DNA of 64,000 bases, from the NCBI GenBank assembly GCA_045130475.1, contig JBGUPU010000017.1, positions 26,635 to 90,634 of the forward strand. Direction: 5' to 3'. The notes under the pieces were generated by a model that worked only from the letters and a program-made list of their open reading frames with translations, had not been told where the DNA came from and ran no database searches. Position numbers and translations under genes: made by a program. Below are positions 38,690 through 49,482 of this stretch, piece by piece. This DNA is from Lachnospiraceae bacterium (GTDB lineage: Bacteria > Bacillota > Clostridia > Lachnospirales > Lachnospiraceae). Positions within the stretch are counted from its first letter, which is position 1; every line of letters starts with the position of its first letter.

Positions 38690-40543
38690 ATGAATTTTTT
38701 TAGCGCATTGACGCTGCTGGGCGGTCTTGCCATGTTCCTCTATGGCATGCGCCTGATGGGCGACGGACTCAAGGAAAGCTCCTCCGGCACCCTCAAACAA
38801 ATCATGGAGCGCGTGACGAACAACTCCTTCAAGGCCTTCCTTCTCGGTGTTGCCGTCACAGCAATCATTCAGTCATCGACAGCTACCATCGTGATCACAT
38901 CAGGTCTGGTCGGAGCCGGCCTTCTCACTCTCCGCCAGTCTCTGGGCATCATCATCGGTGCCAACGTAGGTACTACTGTCACCGGCCAGATCATCCGACT
39001 GCTCGATATGGATGCAGGCGGTTCCTGGCTGCAGATCTTTCAGCCTTCCTCACTGGCACCCATCGCCCTCATCATCGGTATTATCATGATCATGGGCATG
39101 GATAAACGGCTGCGAAATGCCCGCCAGATCGGCAACATTGCCATCGGCTTCGGTATTCTGTTTTCCGGACTTCTGAATATGACATCTGCAGTGAGTGCCC
39201 TTTCGGACTCTCCCTTCATTCAGAACCTCTTCACCAGTATCGGAGAAAACCCTCTCGCAGGCTATGCCGCAGGTACAGGTGTCGCTTTTGTCCTGCAGAG
39301 TTCCTCTGCCACGATCGGTATCCTGCAGGCTTTCTCGTCTTCGGGCCTACTGATCTGGCACGGCGTCTATCCCATCATCGTCGGCGTCTACCTGGGCGAC
39401 TGCGTGACGACCGCCATCGTATGTTCCATCGGCGCCAGCCCGGATTCACGCCGCGTCGGTATCATCAACATCGCATACAACCTGATCAAGTCCGCCTATG
39501 TCCTGATTGGAGTTGCGATCGCACACTACGCAGGATTTCTTGACGGTCTGTGGAACCAGGTGGTCAACTCCAGTCTGATCGCCAACACCAACACACTTTT
39601 CAACGTCGTGTGTGCCCTGCTTATCCTCCCCGTAATTCCATTACTGGAGAAGCTCAGCTATCGTCTGGTCAAAGATGTTCCCGTGGAAGCAGACAAATAT
39701 CAGGAGAAGTTCGAAGCACTCAACCCTAATTTCTTCAATACACCTGCGATCGCCCTGAGCAGCTGCTATGACCTGCTTTTGACACAGTTCCAGCTTGCCA
39801 AAAAGAATATCATCCTCGCTTACGGACTGCTCTCCAATTACGATGAGAAGATCTATCAGGAGATCCAGGAGGACGAGGTCTATATCGATAAGTTTGCGGA
39901 CCGTATCAGTGCCTATCTGGTCTCTCTGCTGCCCCACTTGAAGGATGATCTGCACACAAGCATCCTCGATGAGTATTACAGAGTTTTCACGGAGTTTGAG
40001 CGTCTGGGCGACCATGCGGTCAACATCTCCGATAATGCCAGAAGCCTCGCTGACAACAATATGGCCTTTTCCGACACTGCCATGGGCGATCTGGACGTGC
40101 TGATGAAGCTGCTCGAGCAGATCCTGGATGAAACCGAACTGGCCTTCAAGAAGCGCGACATCAACGCGGCCTACCGGATCCAGCCTCTACGCAAAGTCGC
40201 AGCAGACATGGTCCTGGAGCTCAAGGAGAGTCACCTTGCCCGCATGGGACAGGGTACCTGCAATGTCTTCCTTGATCCCAACTTCGAGAACCTGCTCTCC
40301 GACATGATCCGTATCGCGGACGTCAGTTCCAACGTAGGCGAAGCAGTCATCGTCCGTGTCCGTCCCGAAGTCGCCAGCCGGGAACACACCTACTTTGCAG
40401 ACCTGCGCCACGAGAACGAGGATTACAACCGCATCTACCAGGAATCCCGCAAAAAGTACTTCGATATGCTTCCTGAAAATGCGTTCGGAGAATCCGGTTC
40501 CAACCGCAAGAACACTGCCCAGCCCCAGTTCAACGATGCCTGA
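38690..40543 (+). CDS. Na+/Pi cotransporter with C-terminal PhoU-like domain
   Basis: TAIIQSSTAT, GANVGTT, second QSSSAT repeat, and ERLGDHAVNI motifs. Confidence 0.92.
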   Translation: MNFFSALTLLGGLAMFLYGMRLMGDGLKESSSGTLKQIMERVTNNSFKAFLLGVAVTAIIQSSTATIVITSGLVGAGLLTLRQSLGIIIGANVGTTVTGQIIRLLDMDAGGSWLQIFQPSSLAPIALIIGIIMIMGMDKRLRNARQIGNIAIGFGILFSGLLNMTSAVSALSDSPFIQNLFTSIGENPLAGYAAGTGVAFVLQSSSATIGILQAFSSSGLLIWHGVYPIIVGVYLGDCVTTAIVCSIGASPDSRRVGIINIAYNLIKSAYVLIGVAIAHYAGFLDGLWNQVVNSSLIANTNTLFNVVCALLILPVIPLLEKLSYRLVKDVPVEADKYQEKFEALNPNFFNTPAIALSSCYDLLLTQFQLAKKNIILAYGLLSNYDEKIYQEIQEDEVYIDKFADRISAYLVSLLPHLKDDLHTSILDEYYRVFTEFERLGDHAVNISDNARSLADNNMAFSDTAMGDLDVLMKLLEQILDETELAFKKRDINAAYRIQPLRKVAADMVLELKESHLARMGQGTCNVFLDPNFENLLSDMIRIADVSSNVGEAVIVRVRPEVASREHTYFADLRHENEDYNRIYQESRKKYFDMLPENAFGESGSNRKNTAQPQFNDA

Positions 40544-40612
40544 GGCAGCTTCCCTTTAAAGAAGCAGGCCCCCCTGCAGAACTCCGCGCAGGGCAAAATC
40601 AAATCCGCAAAA

Positions 40613-40658
40613 AACGTCTCTTCCGCTGCAATTGCACAGAAGAGACGTTCTTTTTTTT
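40613..40658 (+). terminator. Intrinsic terminator
   Basis: aacgtctcttc ... gaagagacgtt followed by T8. Confidence 0.8.
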
Positions 40659-40737
40659 CTTTATGATCCTGACAAGGCATACCGGCATGAAAACCCGGAT
40701 CCTGACCCAAACCAGTCTTTTTTCTGAATGCTCCGGC

Positions 40738-41307
40738 TCAGACCATTTCCTCCGGCACAGAGAATCTGCCGTCTTTGAGCTCCGCCGTATACAAGGCGCA
40801 GTTTCCTATGTACTTTGACCAGTAACTGCACCTGGAATCCGGGGTCAGATACTCCAGGAGGCCTTTCATGAGGAGTGCATGGGTGGAGATCAGGATATTG
40901 CCGTCCAGGTGCCGGATCCCTTCCAGAAAGCGGCCCGCCCTCTCAACAACTGCCGGCAGCTGTTCCATCCCTTCCGGCGCAGGATTGTGCACAAAATCGC
41001 TGAAAAAAGTAACCAGCTCCGCGGGAAGATGTGTCAGGTCAGTACCCTCAAAGGGACCGTAATCCATCTCGATCAAAAGCTCGTCGACCACCGGCTCCAC
41101 GCCCGGCACAACGATGGCAGCCGTCTGCACTGCGCGGCCGAGCGGACTGGTAAACACATGGTCAAACCGGACATCCCGGAGCCTGTCCGCCGCCTCCTTC
41201 GCCTGGCGGATCCCCTCTTCATTGAGCGGGATATCACTCCTTCCCTGCAGAAGATTGGCATGATTCATTTGTGTTTTTCCGTGTCGGATGATATAGATCT
41301 TTCCCAT
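40738..41307 (-). CDS. Histidine phosphatase (phosphoglycerate mutase-like) family protein
   Basis: RHGKT, TSPLGRA, EMDYG and ISTHA motifs. Confidence 0.9.
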   Translation of the reverse strand: MGKIYIIRHGKTQMNHANLLQGRSDIPLNEEGIRQAKEAADRLRDVRFDHVFTSPLGRAVQTAAIVVPGVEPVVDELLIEMDYGPFEGTDLTHLPAELVTFFSDFVHNPAPEGMEQLPAVVERAGRFLEGIRHLDGNILISTHALLMKGLLEYLTPDSRCSYWSKYIGNCALYTAELKDGRFSVPEEMV

Positions 41308-41375
41308 TTTTTCTCAACTCCTGCAGCTGCATCCGCAATTCCGTTCTATCCTTTTTCCTTTCCGGGCTGGCGGGA

Positions 41376-42689
41376 TCAGATCTCTCCGATCAGGAAGGCG
41401 TCTACCGCTTCCCCTGCAGGGACAGACACCCCGGCCGGAATCTCGGCAAGGGCATTGCTGCCTGCCAGACTGCTGAGCACCTGATTGCCCTGTCCACCGG
41501 TTATTTCCATCTCATGCACCGCCGCTGTCAGATCCACTTTTCCTCTCAGCAGACGGGATGACTGGTTTTTGCGGCTGTAGTCCTTTGCCAGGCGCACACG
41601 GAGCCGGGCGGGAATACACGCATCCGCCCGGATCCCCATCTGCCTGCGCAGTACAGGCAGAACAACAGCATAAAAAGCGGTCATGCAGGCGGCCGGGTTT
41701 CCGGAGAGGCCAAAGACAGGGATGATCCTGTCCTCTTCCGCCTGTTCAGCCGCATCCATATCCGTCCCGTTTTTTTCCGGGAAGAAGTCCGGATCATCTG
41801 CAGTCCTCTGCCGCCTGCAGATCCCATAGGCTCCCGCCATGCCGGGCTTGAGCGCCAGGCCATGGGCCAGGATCTGTACACCGGCTTTTTCCATGGCCTT
41901 GGGTGTACAGTCGAAATCTCCCACGGAGACACCGCCGGAGAGGATCACCGCATCACATCCCGCATATGCCTCCATGATCATTTTTGCGATCACGTCCGCG
42001 TCATCCATGGCTGTCCCTATATAGACGGTCTGACAGCCGGCCAGCTCACAGGCTGCCTGCAGAGAATAGCGGTTGGAATTGTAGATCCGACCGGGCGCCG
42101 GCGCCTGGTTTTCCTCCAGGATCTCGGTTCCTGTAGATATGACAGCGACCACAGGCTTTCTGTAAACAGCGGGTGCAAAAATCCCCTGTGCGGCAAGGGT
42201 ACCGGCAAGGCCGGCATCGATCCGTACGCCGGGATGACACAGGACGGTTCCTTTCCGTACATCCTCCCCTGCATAAACCACATTGGAACCGGATTTCACA
42301 GGAGTGTCAATGGTGACCTCTTCATCCGTAAAATGCGTCCTCTCAAAGGGCAGGACCGCATCTGCTCCTTCCGGTACAGGCGCCCCTGTCATCAAATGGA
42401 CAGCCGTCCCCTCGGTGACAGGTACGTGCGGCACATCTCCCGCAGCAATATAATCCACGATCCGGAGGGTCACCGGGGACTGCGGGGAAGCATTCTCCAC
42501 ATCCGCGGCCCGAAAGGCATATCCGTCATACGGCGAACGGTCAAAAGGAGGAATGTCCGCCTGCGCGGCCACCTCCCGGGCCAGCACCCTTCCTGCGCAG
42601 GCACTCAGTGCAGCTTTCTCTGTATCGACAGGCACGACTCGCTCCATGAGCGCGTCCCGCACTTTCGTATAATCACATCTTTCCAGCAT
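41376..42689 (-). CDS. moeA: Molybdopterin molybdotransferase (gephyrin-like)
   Basis: PPFDRSPYDGYA, MTGAPVP, STGTE, SGGVSVGDFD and LSGNP motifs. Confidence 0.92.
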   Translation of the reverse strand: MLERCDYTKVRDALMERVVPVDTEKAALSACAGRVLAREVAAQADIPPFDRSPYDGYAFRAADVENASPQSPVTLRIVDYIAAGDVPHVPVTEGTAVHLMTGAPVPEGADAVLPFERTHFTDEEVTIDTPVKSGSNVVYAGEDVRKGTVLCHPGVRIDAGLAGTLAAQGIFAPAVYRKPVVAVISTGTEILEENQAPAPGRIYNSNRYSLQAACELAGCQTVYIGTAMDDADVIAKMIMEAYAGCDAVILSGGVSVGDFDCTPKAMEKAGVQILAHGLALKPGMAGAYGICRRQRTADDPDFFPEKNGTDMDAAEQAEEDRIIPVFGLSGNPAACMTAFYAVVLPVLRRQMGIRADACIPARLRVRLAKDYSRKNQSSRLLRGKVDLTAAVHEMEITGGQGNQVLSSLAGSNALAEIPAGVSVPAGEAVDAFLIGEI

Positions 42690-42790
42690 AGAACTATCCC
42701 TTCAAAGACCGATTTCCGGCAGCTGTTCAGGTCTTCCGTCTCCTGAACAATAAGAATATCCGATTGTTTTCAGCAGAACATGATCCTGTC

Positions 42791-44179
42791 CTATTCTGAA
42801 AACTGCAGTACATATTTCCCGTCTCCTGTACACTGCAGGGAACCTGAGAAAAGGACGCGCGCCGCCTCGACAAGGTAGGCAGTATCTTTGGATCCCGCCG
42901 TCTCACAGGGGGAATGCATGGCAAGCTGAGGCAACCCTACATCAACAGAATTGAGGGACACCTGTCCCTGGGCAATACTTCCGAGCGTGGTACCGCCGAC
43001 CAGATCAGACCGGTTTGAAAAGGTCTGATAAGGGACACCTGCCTTTTTGCAGACAGCGCGGAAAATGGCGCCGGAAACTGCATCTGTGATATATCTCTGT
43101 GCGGCATTGTATTTGATCACGATCCCTTCGTTCATATAGGGACGATTGGTCGGATCGGATTTATCGGGATGATTGGGATGGACCGCGTGGGCATTGTCCG
43201 CCGAGACCATAAAGCTGGAGGCGACGGCACGCATATAGTCCTCCTCTGTGCGTCCCAGTGACGCATTGATCCTGTGCAGGACATCGTACAGGAAGGTTCC
43301 GCCGGCACCCTGTTTAGAACCGCTGCCGACCTCTTCGTTGTCAAAGACACAGTGCACCGCAATGCTCCCGGCCGGCTTTGCCCGCAGGATACCCTGCAGA
43401 GAAGAAAAAGCACACTGCAGATCATCCAGGCGGCCGCTCGCTATATATTCCTTTTCCATCCCCACATAGCCGGCTTTCGTCCTGGAGTACAGGTAAAGGT
43501 CCGTATCCAGGATCTGCTCCGGGCTGACACCGGCTTCCCCGGCGATCAGACGCAGGAATCGATCCCTGGTATCACCCGCCGAAACATCTCCCTCTTCTGC
43601 CGGCTGTTTCTTTTTGATTTCCCCAAGAAGAGGCAGCAGATCTTTCTGGACATTGAATTTATATCCCTCATTTACCTGGCGGTTAAAATGGATGGCCAGA
43701 TTGGGGATGATCAGAAGATCCCTGTCGATATTGACGAGCTTCGTCTCAATCCCGTCTTCTGTCTCAACGACCACTCTGCCGGCGACAGAAAGCGGGCGGT
43801 CCAGCCAGGGCGCGTAGAGCGCTCCGCCGTATCGCTCCACATTCAGCTTGATATACTTGTTCTCTGCCGTGATGTCCGCATTGGGCTTGATCTTGAACAC
43901 GGGCGAATCTACGTGGCTGGCCATGATCTGAAATCCTGTGAAGTCCTTCTCGGGAATCCTGAACGCGATCAGGGCGGAATCATTGCGGGTCACATAATAG
44001 GCTCCCTTCGCCTGCAGATCCCAGTGCCTGCTCTCGCAAAGTTCTGTAAACCCTGCCTTCTCCAATGCCGCCTTCATATTTTTGACAGCGAAAAAAGCGA
44101 CCGGACTGTGATCCAGAAAATCAAACAGTTCCGCATTCGTTTTTTCAAAATCCAGATTCCGGTTCAGGTTCTCATTCAT
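42791..44179 (-). CDS. M18 family (aspartyl) aminopeptidase
   Basis: ASHVDSP, GRLDDL, FDNEEVGS, SADNAHAVHPN and LAMHSPCE motifs. Confidence 0.93.
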   Translation of the reverse strand: MNENLNRNLDFEKTNAELFDFLDHSPVAFFAVKNMKAALEKAGFTELCESRHWDLQAKGAYYVTRNDSALIAFRIPEKDFTGFQIMASHVDSPVFKIKPNADITAENKYIKLNVERYGGALYAPWLDRPLSVAGRVVVETEDGIETKLVNIDRDLLIIPNLAIHFNRQVNEGYKFNVQKDLLPLLGEIKKKQPAEEGDVSAGDTRDRFLRLIAGEAGVSPEQILDTDLYLYSRTKAGYVGMEKEYIASGRLDDLQCAFSSLQGILRAKPAGSIAVHCVFDNEEVGSGSKQGAGGTFLYDVLHRINASLGRTEEDYMRAVASSFMVSADNAHAVHPNHPDKSDPTNRPYMNEGIVIKYNAAQRYITDAVSGAIFRAVCKKAGVPYQTFSNRSDLVGGTTLGSIAQGQVSLNSVDVGLPQLAMHSPCETAGSKDTAYLVEAARVLFSGSLQCTGDGKYVLQFSE

Positions 44180-44266
44180 GTCCATTCCTCCAGTCATTGA
44201 TCTGTTCTTCATCGCGGCTGCAATACCGCGGGTGGATTTTGAATAAAGCCGCTCTGTCTGCATCCG

Positions 44267-44815
44267 TCACCAGATGCGCAGGAGGTATCCCCCGACAATA
44301 TCGATCAGGAAAAAGACAGCCGGGATCAGGCAGAGAGCGCGGTATACTTTTTCCGGAAGTCTGTCCCGCAGTCTTTCTGCCATGGGTACGGCAGCATAGA
44401 TGAGAAAGACACCCGAAAAAGCAAACAACAGGATGGAGCGAAGACAGATATATCCGTTGATATTGCCCCAGTTCCAGATCTCCGTGTTGTAGTCCCAGAG
44501 GCGCAGTCCGTCAAAGAAAGTATACAGGACCCAGCCGGTCAGATACTCAACGACCGCGCTGACCAGGGCACTCATGAGAAAAACAGCCGGCATGGATTTT
44601 TTAAAACGAATGGCAAAAAGACAGATGAACACGGCGCCGAATCCGTAGATCGGGAGCCATGGTCCCAAGCCCTGTCCACGCTGCACGAACATACCGTCAT
44701 TGAGACGGTAAAAGAGCATCTCATAAATCCATCCGACAATTCCAAAAACCCAAAAAATCAATGCCAGACAACAGATTGTATCGCTGTTTCGCAAGTCTTT
44801 CAGATCCAGTTCCAT
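44267..44815 (-). CDS. Putative ABC transporter permease (CmpB/DUF1113-like)
   Basis: GWIYE, GPWLPIYGFG, RLWDY and NINGYICL motifs. Confidence 0.8.
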   Translation of the reverse strand: MELDLKDLRNSDTICCLALIFWVFGIVGWIYEMLFYRLNDGMFVQRGQGLGPWLPIYGFGAVFICLFAIRFKKSMPAVFLMSALVSAVVEYLTGWVLYTFFDGLRLWDYNTEIWNWGNINGYICLRSILLFAFSGVFLIYAAVPMAERLRDRLPEKVYRALCLIPAVFFLIDIVGGYLLRIW

Positions 44816-45015
44816 TTTTTCTCCTTTGTTCTCATTCCAGACCAGCAGTCTTTACCATTATAGCGCAGAACTTCCCTGTTTTTTCTTTTTTCTCCCAAGA
44901 TTTGTTGTGAGATACAAAATTTTTCCGGGCTGTCCCGGAGAAAACTGTCTAACAGTCTGGTAATTTCCCTGATTTGTGCTACAATGGCATTTGCTGTGTA
45001 CAGGAGGATAATCAC

Positions 45016-45933
45016 ATGAAAAACAGCTCGATTTTGCAGGATAATCGCTTCAAAGTATTTTTTGCCGTATTTGTCATGATCGGATGGTCATTGGCTTATC
45101 CGCTGATCAAACTCGGCTACCAGGAATTTCAGATCGACGGCACAGATCTTGGCGGCAAAATCCTCTTTGCCGGTGTGCGCTTTTTCTGCGCAGGCACAGC
45201 AGTGACACTATACTGCCATTTCAAAAAAATCAAATCCAATATCACTGACAAGGGCGACATCGGATGGCTCATACTCCTGGGCATCGTAAATACTGCGCTG
45301 CATTACATGTTTGCTTACATCGGACTCGGCTACAACAGCAGTGCCAGGTCCACGATCCTTGATTCCATGGGCGGCTTTATCCTGATCCTGCTCTCGACCC
45401 TGATCTTTCCGGATGACAGGATGAACTGGAGAAAAGCTCTGGGAATCATTCTGGGCATAGCCGGTATTATCTCCATCAACATTCAGCCGGGCGCTGATTT
45501 CTTTTCGGATATCACATTTATGGGAGACGGCATGATCCTGCTCAACGCCTGCTGTACAGCCTTTGGCGGTCTGATCACCAGGGTCGTATCCCGCAGAATG
45601 GACATCACACGGGCGACCGGGTACAGTATGCAGATCGGCGGCGGACTCCTTCTTCTGACCGCGCTGTTAGTCCGCCCGAAGACAGCTTGGGTATTCACTG
45701 CCAAAGGTGTCTTCATCCTCATCTGCCTGATCACGATTTCCGCAGTGTGCTTTGCGATCTACAATGCCCTTTTGTCCTACCATCCAATCAGCCAGATTGC
45801 CATCTACAATGCCCTGATCCCGGTTCTGGGCGTTATCTTCGCCGCACTCCTTCTGCACGAAGAGCTCAGGCTCCAGTACATCATCGCAGTCATACTGGTC
45901 GCGGTCGGAATACATGTAGTAAACAGCCGGTAA
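45016..45933 (+). CDS. DMT/EamA family transporter
   Basis: About 10 TM helices in two EamA repeats; FAGVRFFCAG motif. ATG follows AGGAGG. Confidence 0.88.
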   Translation: MKNSSILQDNRFKVFFAVFVMIGWSLAYPLIKLGYQEFQIDGTDLGGKILFAGVRFFCAGTAVTLYCHFKKIKSNITDKGDIGWLILLGIVNTALHYMFAYIGLGYNSSARSTILDSMGGFILILLSTLIFPDDRMNWRKALGIILGIAGIISINIQPGADFFSDITFMGDGMILLNACCTAFGGLITRVVSRRMDITRATGYSMQIGGGLLLLTALLVRPKTAWVFTAKGVFILICLITISAVCFAIYNALLSYHPISQIAIYNALIPVLGVIFAALLLHEELRLQYIIAVILVAVGIHVVNSR

Positions 45934-45957
45934 GTCCTCGATTTTTACATTCCGGAC

Positions 45958-45986
45958 TTGCTTTCGTATAATAAAAGCGCTATAAT
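45958..45986 (+). promoter_or_regulatory. Sigma-70 promoter for the TPP riboswitch-thiC unit
   Basis: TTGCTT-17 bp-TATAAT. Confidence 0.7.
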
Positions 45987-46029
45987 GTTCATTGTTGTGA
46001 CGGACAAAATTGACCGTCCGTACAAAAAA

Positions 46030-46125
46030 GAGAATACAGACGGGAGCTTGTGTTACAGGCTGAGAGGAAGGCAGAACCTTCGACCGATAACCTGATTTGG
46101 ATAATGCCAACGTAGGGATGACTGG
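46030..46125 (+). ncRNA. TPP (THI-box) riboswitch
   Basis: GGAGCT...GGCTGAGAGGAAG...TTCGACC...ACCTGATTTGGATAATGCCAACGTAGG, upstream of thiC. Confidence 0.95.
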
Positions 46126-46150
46126 TTCAGATTATTATTTCGGTTAAAAG

Positions 46151-46176
46151 AAGCTGCCTGTATGGCAGCTTTTTTT
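46151..46176 (+). terminator. Riboswitch expression-platform terminator
   Basis: aagctgcc-tgtat-ggcagctt followed by a T-run. Confidence 0.85.
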
Positions 46177-46349
46177 ATGACATGGCCTGTATAATATTTT
46201 TTCCGCCTTGCGGCGGACGCGGGCCGGTCGTGGGCAGAGGGAGGCAATGCCGCCTCTACCCTATTTAATCCTCAAAGCGGCAAACTGGGGGCACCACTTT
46301 TTTGCCGCTCTATAAAATCATAGTACAGTTTTACTTCAAGGAGGAAATC

Positions 46350-47717
46350 ATGAGAGAAACTATGACAGCGGCTGGAATGACTGCCGCAGGCGCCGCATCT
46401 GAGAACAAACGCCCATATACGACGCAGATGGATGCGGCCAGAAAAGGCATCGTCACGGATCAGATCCGTGCAGTCGCAGAAAAAGAATTCATGACGACAG
46501 ACAATCTGATGAAACTTGTCGCCGATGGCAAAGTCGCCATTCCGGCCAACCGTCTGCATACCACGCTGAACCCCGAGGGTGTCGGCAGCATGCTCCGCAC
46601 CAAGATCAACGTAAACCTGGGCGTCTCCAGAGACTGCAAGGATTACAATATAGAGATGGAAAAGGTCATGAGCGCCGTCAATATGGGCGCTGAAGCGATC
46701 ATGGATCTGTCGAGCCACGGCAATACACAGCCCTTCCGTCAGAAGCTGACCCACGAGTGTCCTGCCATGATCGGAACCGTCCCCGTCTATGACAGTGTCA
46801 TCCATTATCAAAGAGATCTGGCGACACTGACCGCACAGGATTTCATCGATGTGGTGCGCCTGCACGCTGAAGACGGTGTGGATTTTGTCACCCTGCACTG
46901 CGGCATCACCCGCAAGACCATCGACCAGATCCGCAAGCATAAGAGAAAGATGAATATCGTCAGCCGCGGAGGAAGTCTCGTCTTCGCATGGATGAGCATG
47001 ACTGGCGAAGAAAATCCCTTCTACGAATATTTCGACCAGATTCTCGATATATGCGAGGAATACGACGTGACCATCTCTCTGGGAGATGCCTGCCGCCCCG
47101 GCTGCCTCGCGGACGCTACCGACGTCTGCCAGATTGAAGAGCTCGTCCGCCTGGGAGAGCTGACAAAGCGCGCCTGGGAACACAACGTCCAGGTCATGGT
47201 GGAAGGCCCCGGCCATGTGCCGCTTGACCAGATTGCAGCCAATATGAAGGTACAGCAGACCATCTGCATGGGCGCTCCCTTCTATGTACTGGGACCCCTG
47301 GTCACCGATATCGCTCCCGGCTACGACCACATCACATCCGCCATCGGCGGCGCAGTGGCTGCTATGAACGGTGCTGCTTTCCTGTGCTATGTCACCCCTG
47401 CGGAACATCTGGCTCTGCCCAATGTGGATGACGTCAAGCAGGGAATCATCGCCTCCAAAATTGCCGCCCACGCAGCGGATATCGCAAAGGGGATCCCACA
47501 TGCACGAGACATCGACGACAGGATGGGCGACGCCCGCCGGGTCCTGGACTGGGATGCCCAGTTCGAATGTGCCCTGGATCCCGAGACCGCAAAGGCCATC
47601 CGCGATTCTCGCCGTCCCGAGGACGACCACAGCGACACCTGCAGCATGTGCGGAAAATTCTGCGCAGTCCGCAGCATGAACAAAGCCCTTGCCGGCGAAT
47701 ACATCGACATCCTGTAG
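46350..47717 (+). CDS. thiC: Phosphomethylpyrimidine synthase
   Basis: [34 protein letters not shown] and C-terminal CSMCGKFC; TPP riboswitch upstream. Confidence 0.96.
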   Translation: MRETMTAAGMTAAGAASENKRPYTTQMDAARKGIVTDQIRAVAEKEFMTTDNLMKLVADGKVAIPANRLHTTLNPEGVGSMLRTKINVNLGVSRDCKDYNIEMEKVMSAVNMGAEAIMDLSSHGNTQPFRQKLTHECPAMIGTVPVYDSVIHYQRDLATLTAQDFIDVVRLHAEDGVDFVTLHCGITRKTIDQIRKHKRKMNIVSRGGSLVFAWMSMTGEENPFYEYFDQILDICEEYDVTISLGDACRPGCLADATDVCQIEELVRLGELTKRAWEHNVQVMVEGPGHVPLDQIAANMKVQQTICMGAPFYVLGPLVTDIAPGYDHITSAIGGAVAAMNGAAFLCYVTPAEHLALPNVDDVKQGIIASKIAAHAADIAKGIPHARDIDDRMGDARRVLDWDAQFECALDPETAKAIRDSRRPEDDHSDTCSMCGKFCAVRSMNKALAGEYIDIL

Positions 47718-47750
47718 TTACTCAAATAAAAATGTATTCCCGTTTAAGGA

Positions 47751-47790
47751 GGCTGTGGAGAAAACACTCAATTTCTTCACAGCCATTTTT
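47751..47790 (+). terminator. Intrinsic terminator of thiC
   Basis: ggctgtggagaa ... ttcttcacagcc followed by attttt. Confidence 0.7.
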
Positions 47791-47919
47791 CAGTATCTGA
47801 CAGCGTAATGATGACCTTCGACTTCTCCCCCTCAGGTCTTTTAGTCTGCTTCCTGAATCCCTATCACAGCCCATTTGTTATCATTCTTTACAGGTCACTT
47901 ACGCTTAAAAAAAATGTGC

Positions 47920-48234
47920 TCATCCCGAAAGACAGATCTTCCGCAGCAGCTCCATTGCTGCTGGAAGATCTTCGGGAGAACCTGTCCTGACCCGGCGGTT
48001 TTCCGGCACGGCAAGGTTAAATTCACTGGTGCAGGCAATCGGACATCCGTGGATGACCAGAAGCGCGGCATATCGGATCCCGCTCTTTGCAGTGACAAAT
48101 CTCACTTCCGGCAAAAGACCGGGAAGACTGGCCAGCAGCTCATCGCGGTCATATTGCAGGTTGCACGCACCGCAGCAGCGCACACCGACTTCAGGGAGCT
48201 TTTTTTCAGTAACAGTATTTTCGGAAGCATTCAT
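47920..48234 (-). CDS. Small hypothetical protein with CGxC(N)xxYDR and GCxxxC motifs
   Basis: VGVRCCGACNLQYDR and IHGCPIAC; GGAGG RBS. Resembles a conserved clostridial family of unknown function. Confidence 0.65.
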   Translation of the reverse strand: MNASENTVTEKKLPEVGVRCCGACNLQYDRDELLASLPGLLPEVRFVTAKSGIRYAALLVIHGCPIACTSEFNLAVPENRRVRTGSPEDLPAAMELLRKICLSG

Positions 48235-48590
48235 AGGGAGCTTTTTACCTCCGGTTAAAGATAATCAAGATCCTCAGATCCTGGCATTTTCATATATTTC
48301 CATCGGCAGCGCCAGCATTTCCATGATCTTCAGCTCATCCGCCGCATCATGAAAGCCGTTGTGTTTCTCATTGTTTTTTTTAAATAAACCAATTGACGCA
48401 CTTCACTCTCTAAAGATATGTCACAAGCCAGTTTTTTTCAAGCAAAGCACCCTTTCTCACTTGTATTCGCTTGTATTATCCCCTTGCTTATATGCAGTTC
48501 TTACTTTATTTCTCACATATAAAAAAGGCGCTTCGAGGGATCAGAAACTCTCTCAAAGCGCTCATTTATCAGTAGTTTTTTATGATTGCC

Positions 48591-49253
48591 TTATGCGGGA
48601 TATTTGGGGCTCATGCCATACTGATTCTCCCCGGGCTGGCTGTCCGTGCACTCGAATACGAGCAGGACGATCTGTCCGATGCAGGGAATCAGGTTCAGAA
48701 GGAACCATAAACCGGTCCTTCCGATATCATGCATTCTGCGCCAGAAAACCGCAGTGGAAGGAAGGAATATTGCCAGGGAGAAAATGTTCTGCAGAATATT
48801 CGTCCCGCCGCTCTCAGGGGCTCCGAAAATCATATTTCCGACAAAACCCAGAACCAGCTGGCAAATGCATACAAAGAGGGTGAAGAACCAGTACTCACTT
48901 CTGCGCGCGCGTCCGCTGAAAACGATATATTTGGATAAGCAGGTCTGTACCGCCTCCGTAAAGCCCATCATGGGAAGAGGATCCGATACATGATTGGAGT
49001 AGGAGGTATTTCCCGTGTTATAAGTGCTGCCTGTGCTGTAGGTGTTTCCTGCATTATAGGAGCTGCTGCCCGCAGAGGCGGAAGAAGCAGTGCTCTGCTG
49101 CTCCGGCTGCCCATAGGAATACTCCTGCGTCTGTTCTGCCTGTGAGGTTTCGTTAACCTGCTGAGAAATCGCCTGCATATGGGGCGCTCCGCAGTTCTCA
49201 CAGAATTTTGCATCATCAGGAATCTGCATTCCGCAGTTCTCACAAAAACCCAT
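48591..49253 (-). CDS. DUF805 membrane protein with N-terminal double zinc ribbon
   Basis: FCENCG..IPDDAKFCENCG; FSGRARRSEYW and RRMHDIGRTG motifs. Confidence 0.9.
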   Translation of the reverse strand: MGFCENCGMQIPDDAKFCENCGAPHMQAISQQVNETSQAEQTQEYSYGQPEQQSTASSASAGSSSYNAGNTYSTGSTYNTGNTSYSNHVSDPLPMMGFTEAVQTCLSKYIVFSGRARRSEYWFFTLFVCICQLVLGFVGNMIFGAPESGGTNILQNIFSLAIFLPSTAVFWRRMHDIGRTGLWFLLNLIPCIGQIVLLVFECTDSQPGENQYGMSPKYPA

Positions 49254-49482
49254 ATTTTTAAAATCCTTTCATTCAAATACTAAATAAAATACTCTAATTC
49301 TCTTCCGGTATTGCTGAATCCCGGCTCTTGAACAAGGTTCTGTGCCAGAAAAATCCGCAGGCTGCTCTTTCGAAACCCGCATCCTGTTTGACACGAAAGC
49401 ATCTTACCACTAAATCATTTCAATAAAAAGAGATTTTTGCAATGAATTCACATTTAATTCAGGATTCAGTGGTCGTAAACAC

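Noticed and set aside
46350-47717. ThiC paralog BzaA/B/F (cobamide lower-ligand synthesis)
   Set aside because: A TPP riboswitch rather than a cobalamin riboswitch lies upstream, and there are no bza or cob neighbours.
48274-48441. Possible 55-aa small gene (TTG start after AAAGGGTG) broken at A7 and A8 homopolymers, suggesting phase variation
   Set aside because: Needs two compensating frameshifts, the uncorrected frame has two TGA stops, and I cannot recognise the reconstructed peptide. Too speculative.
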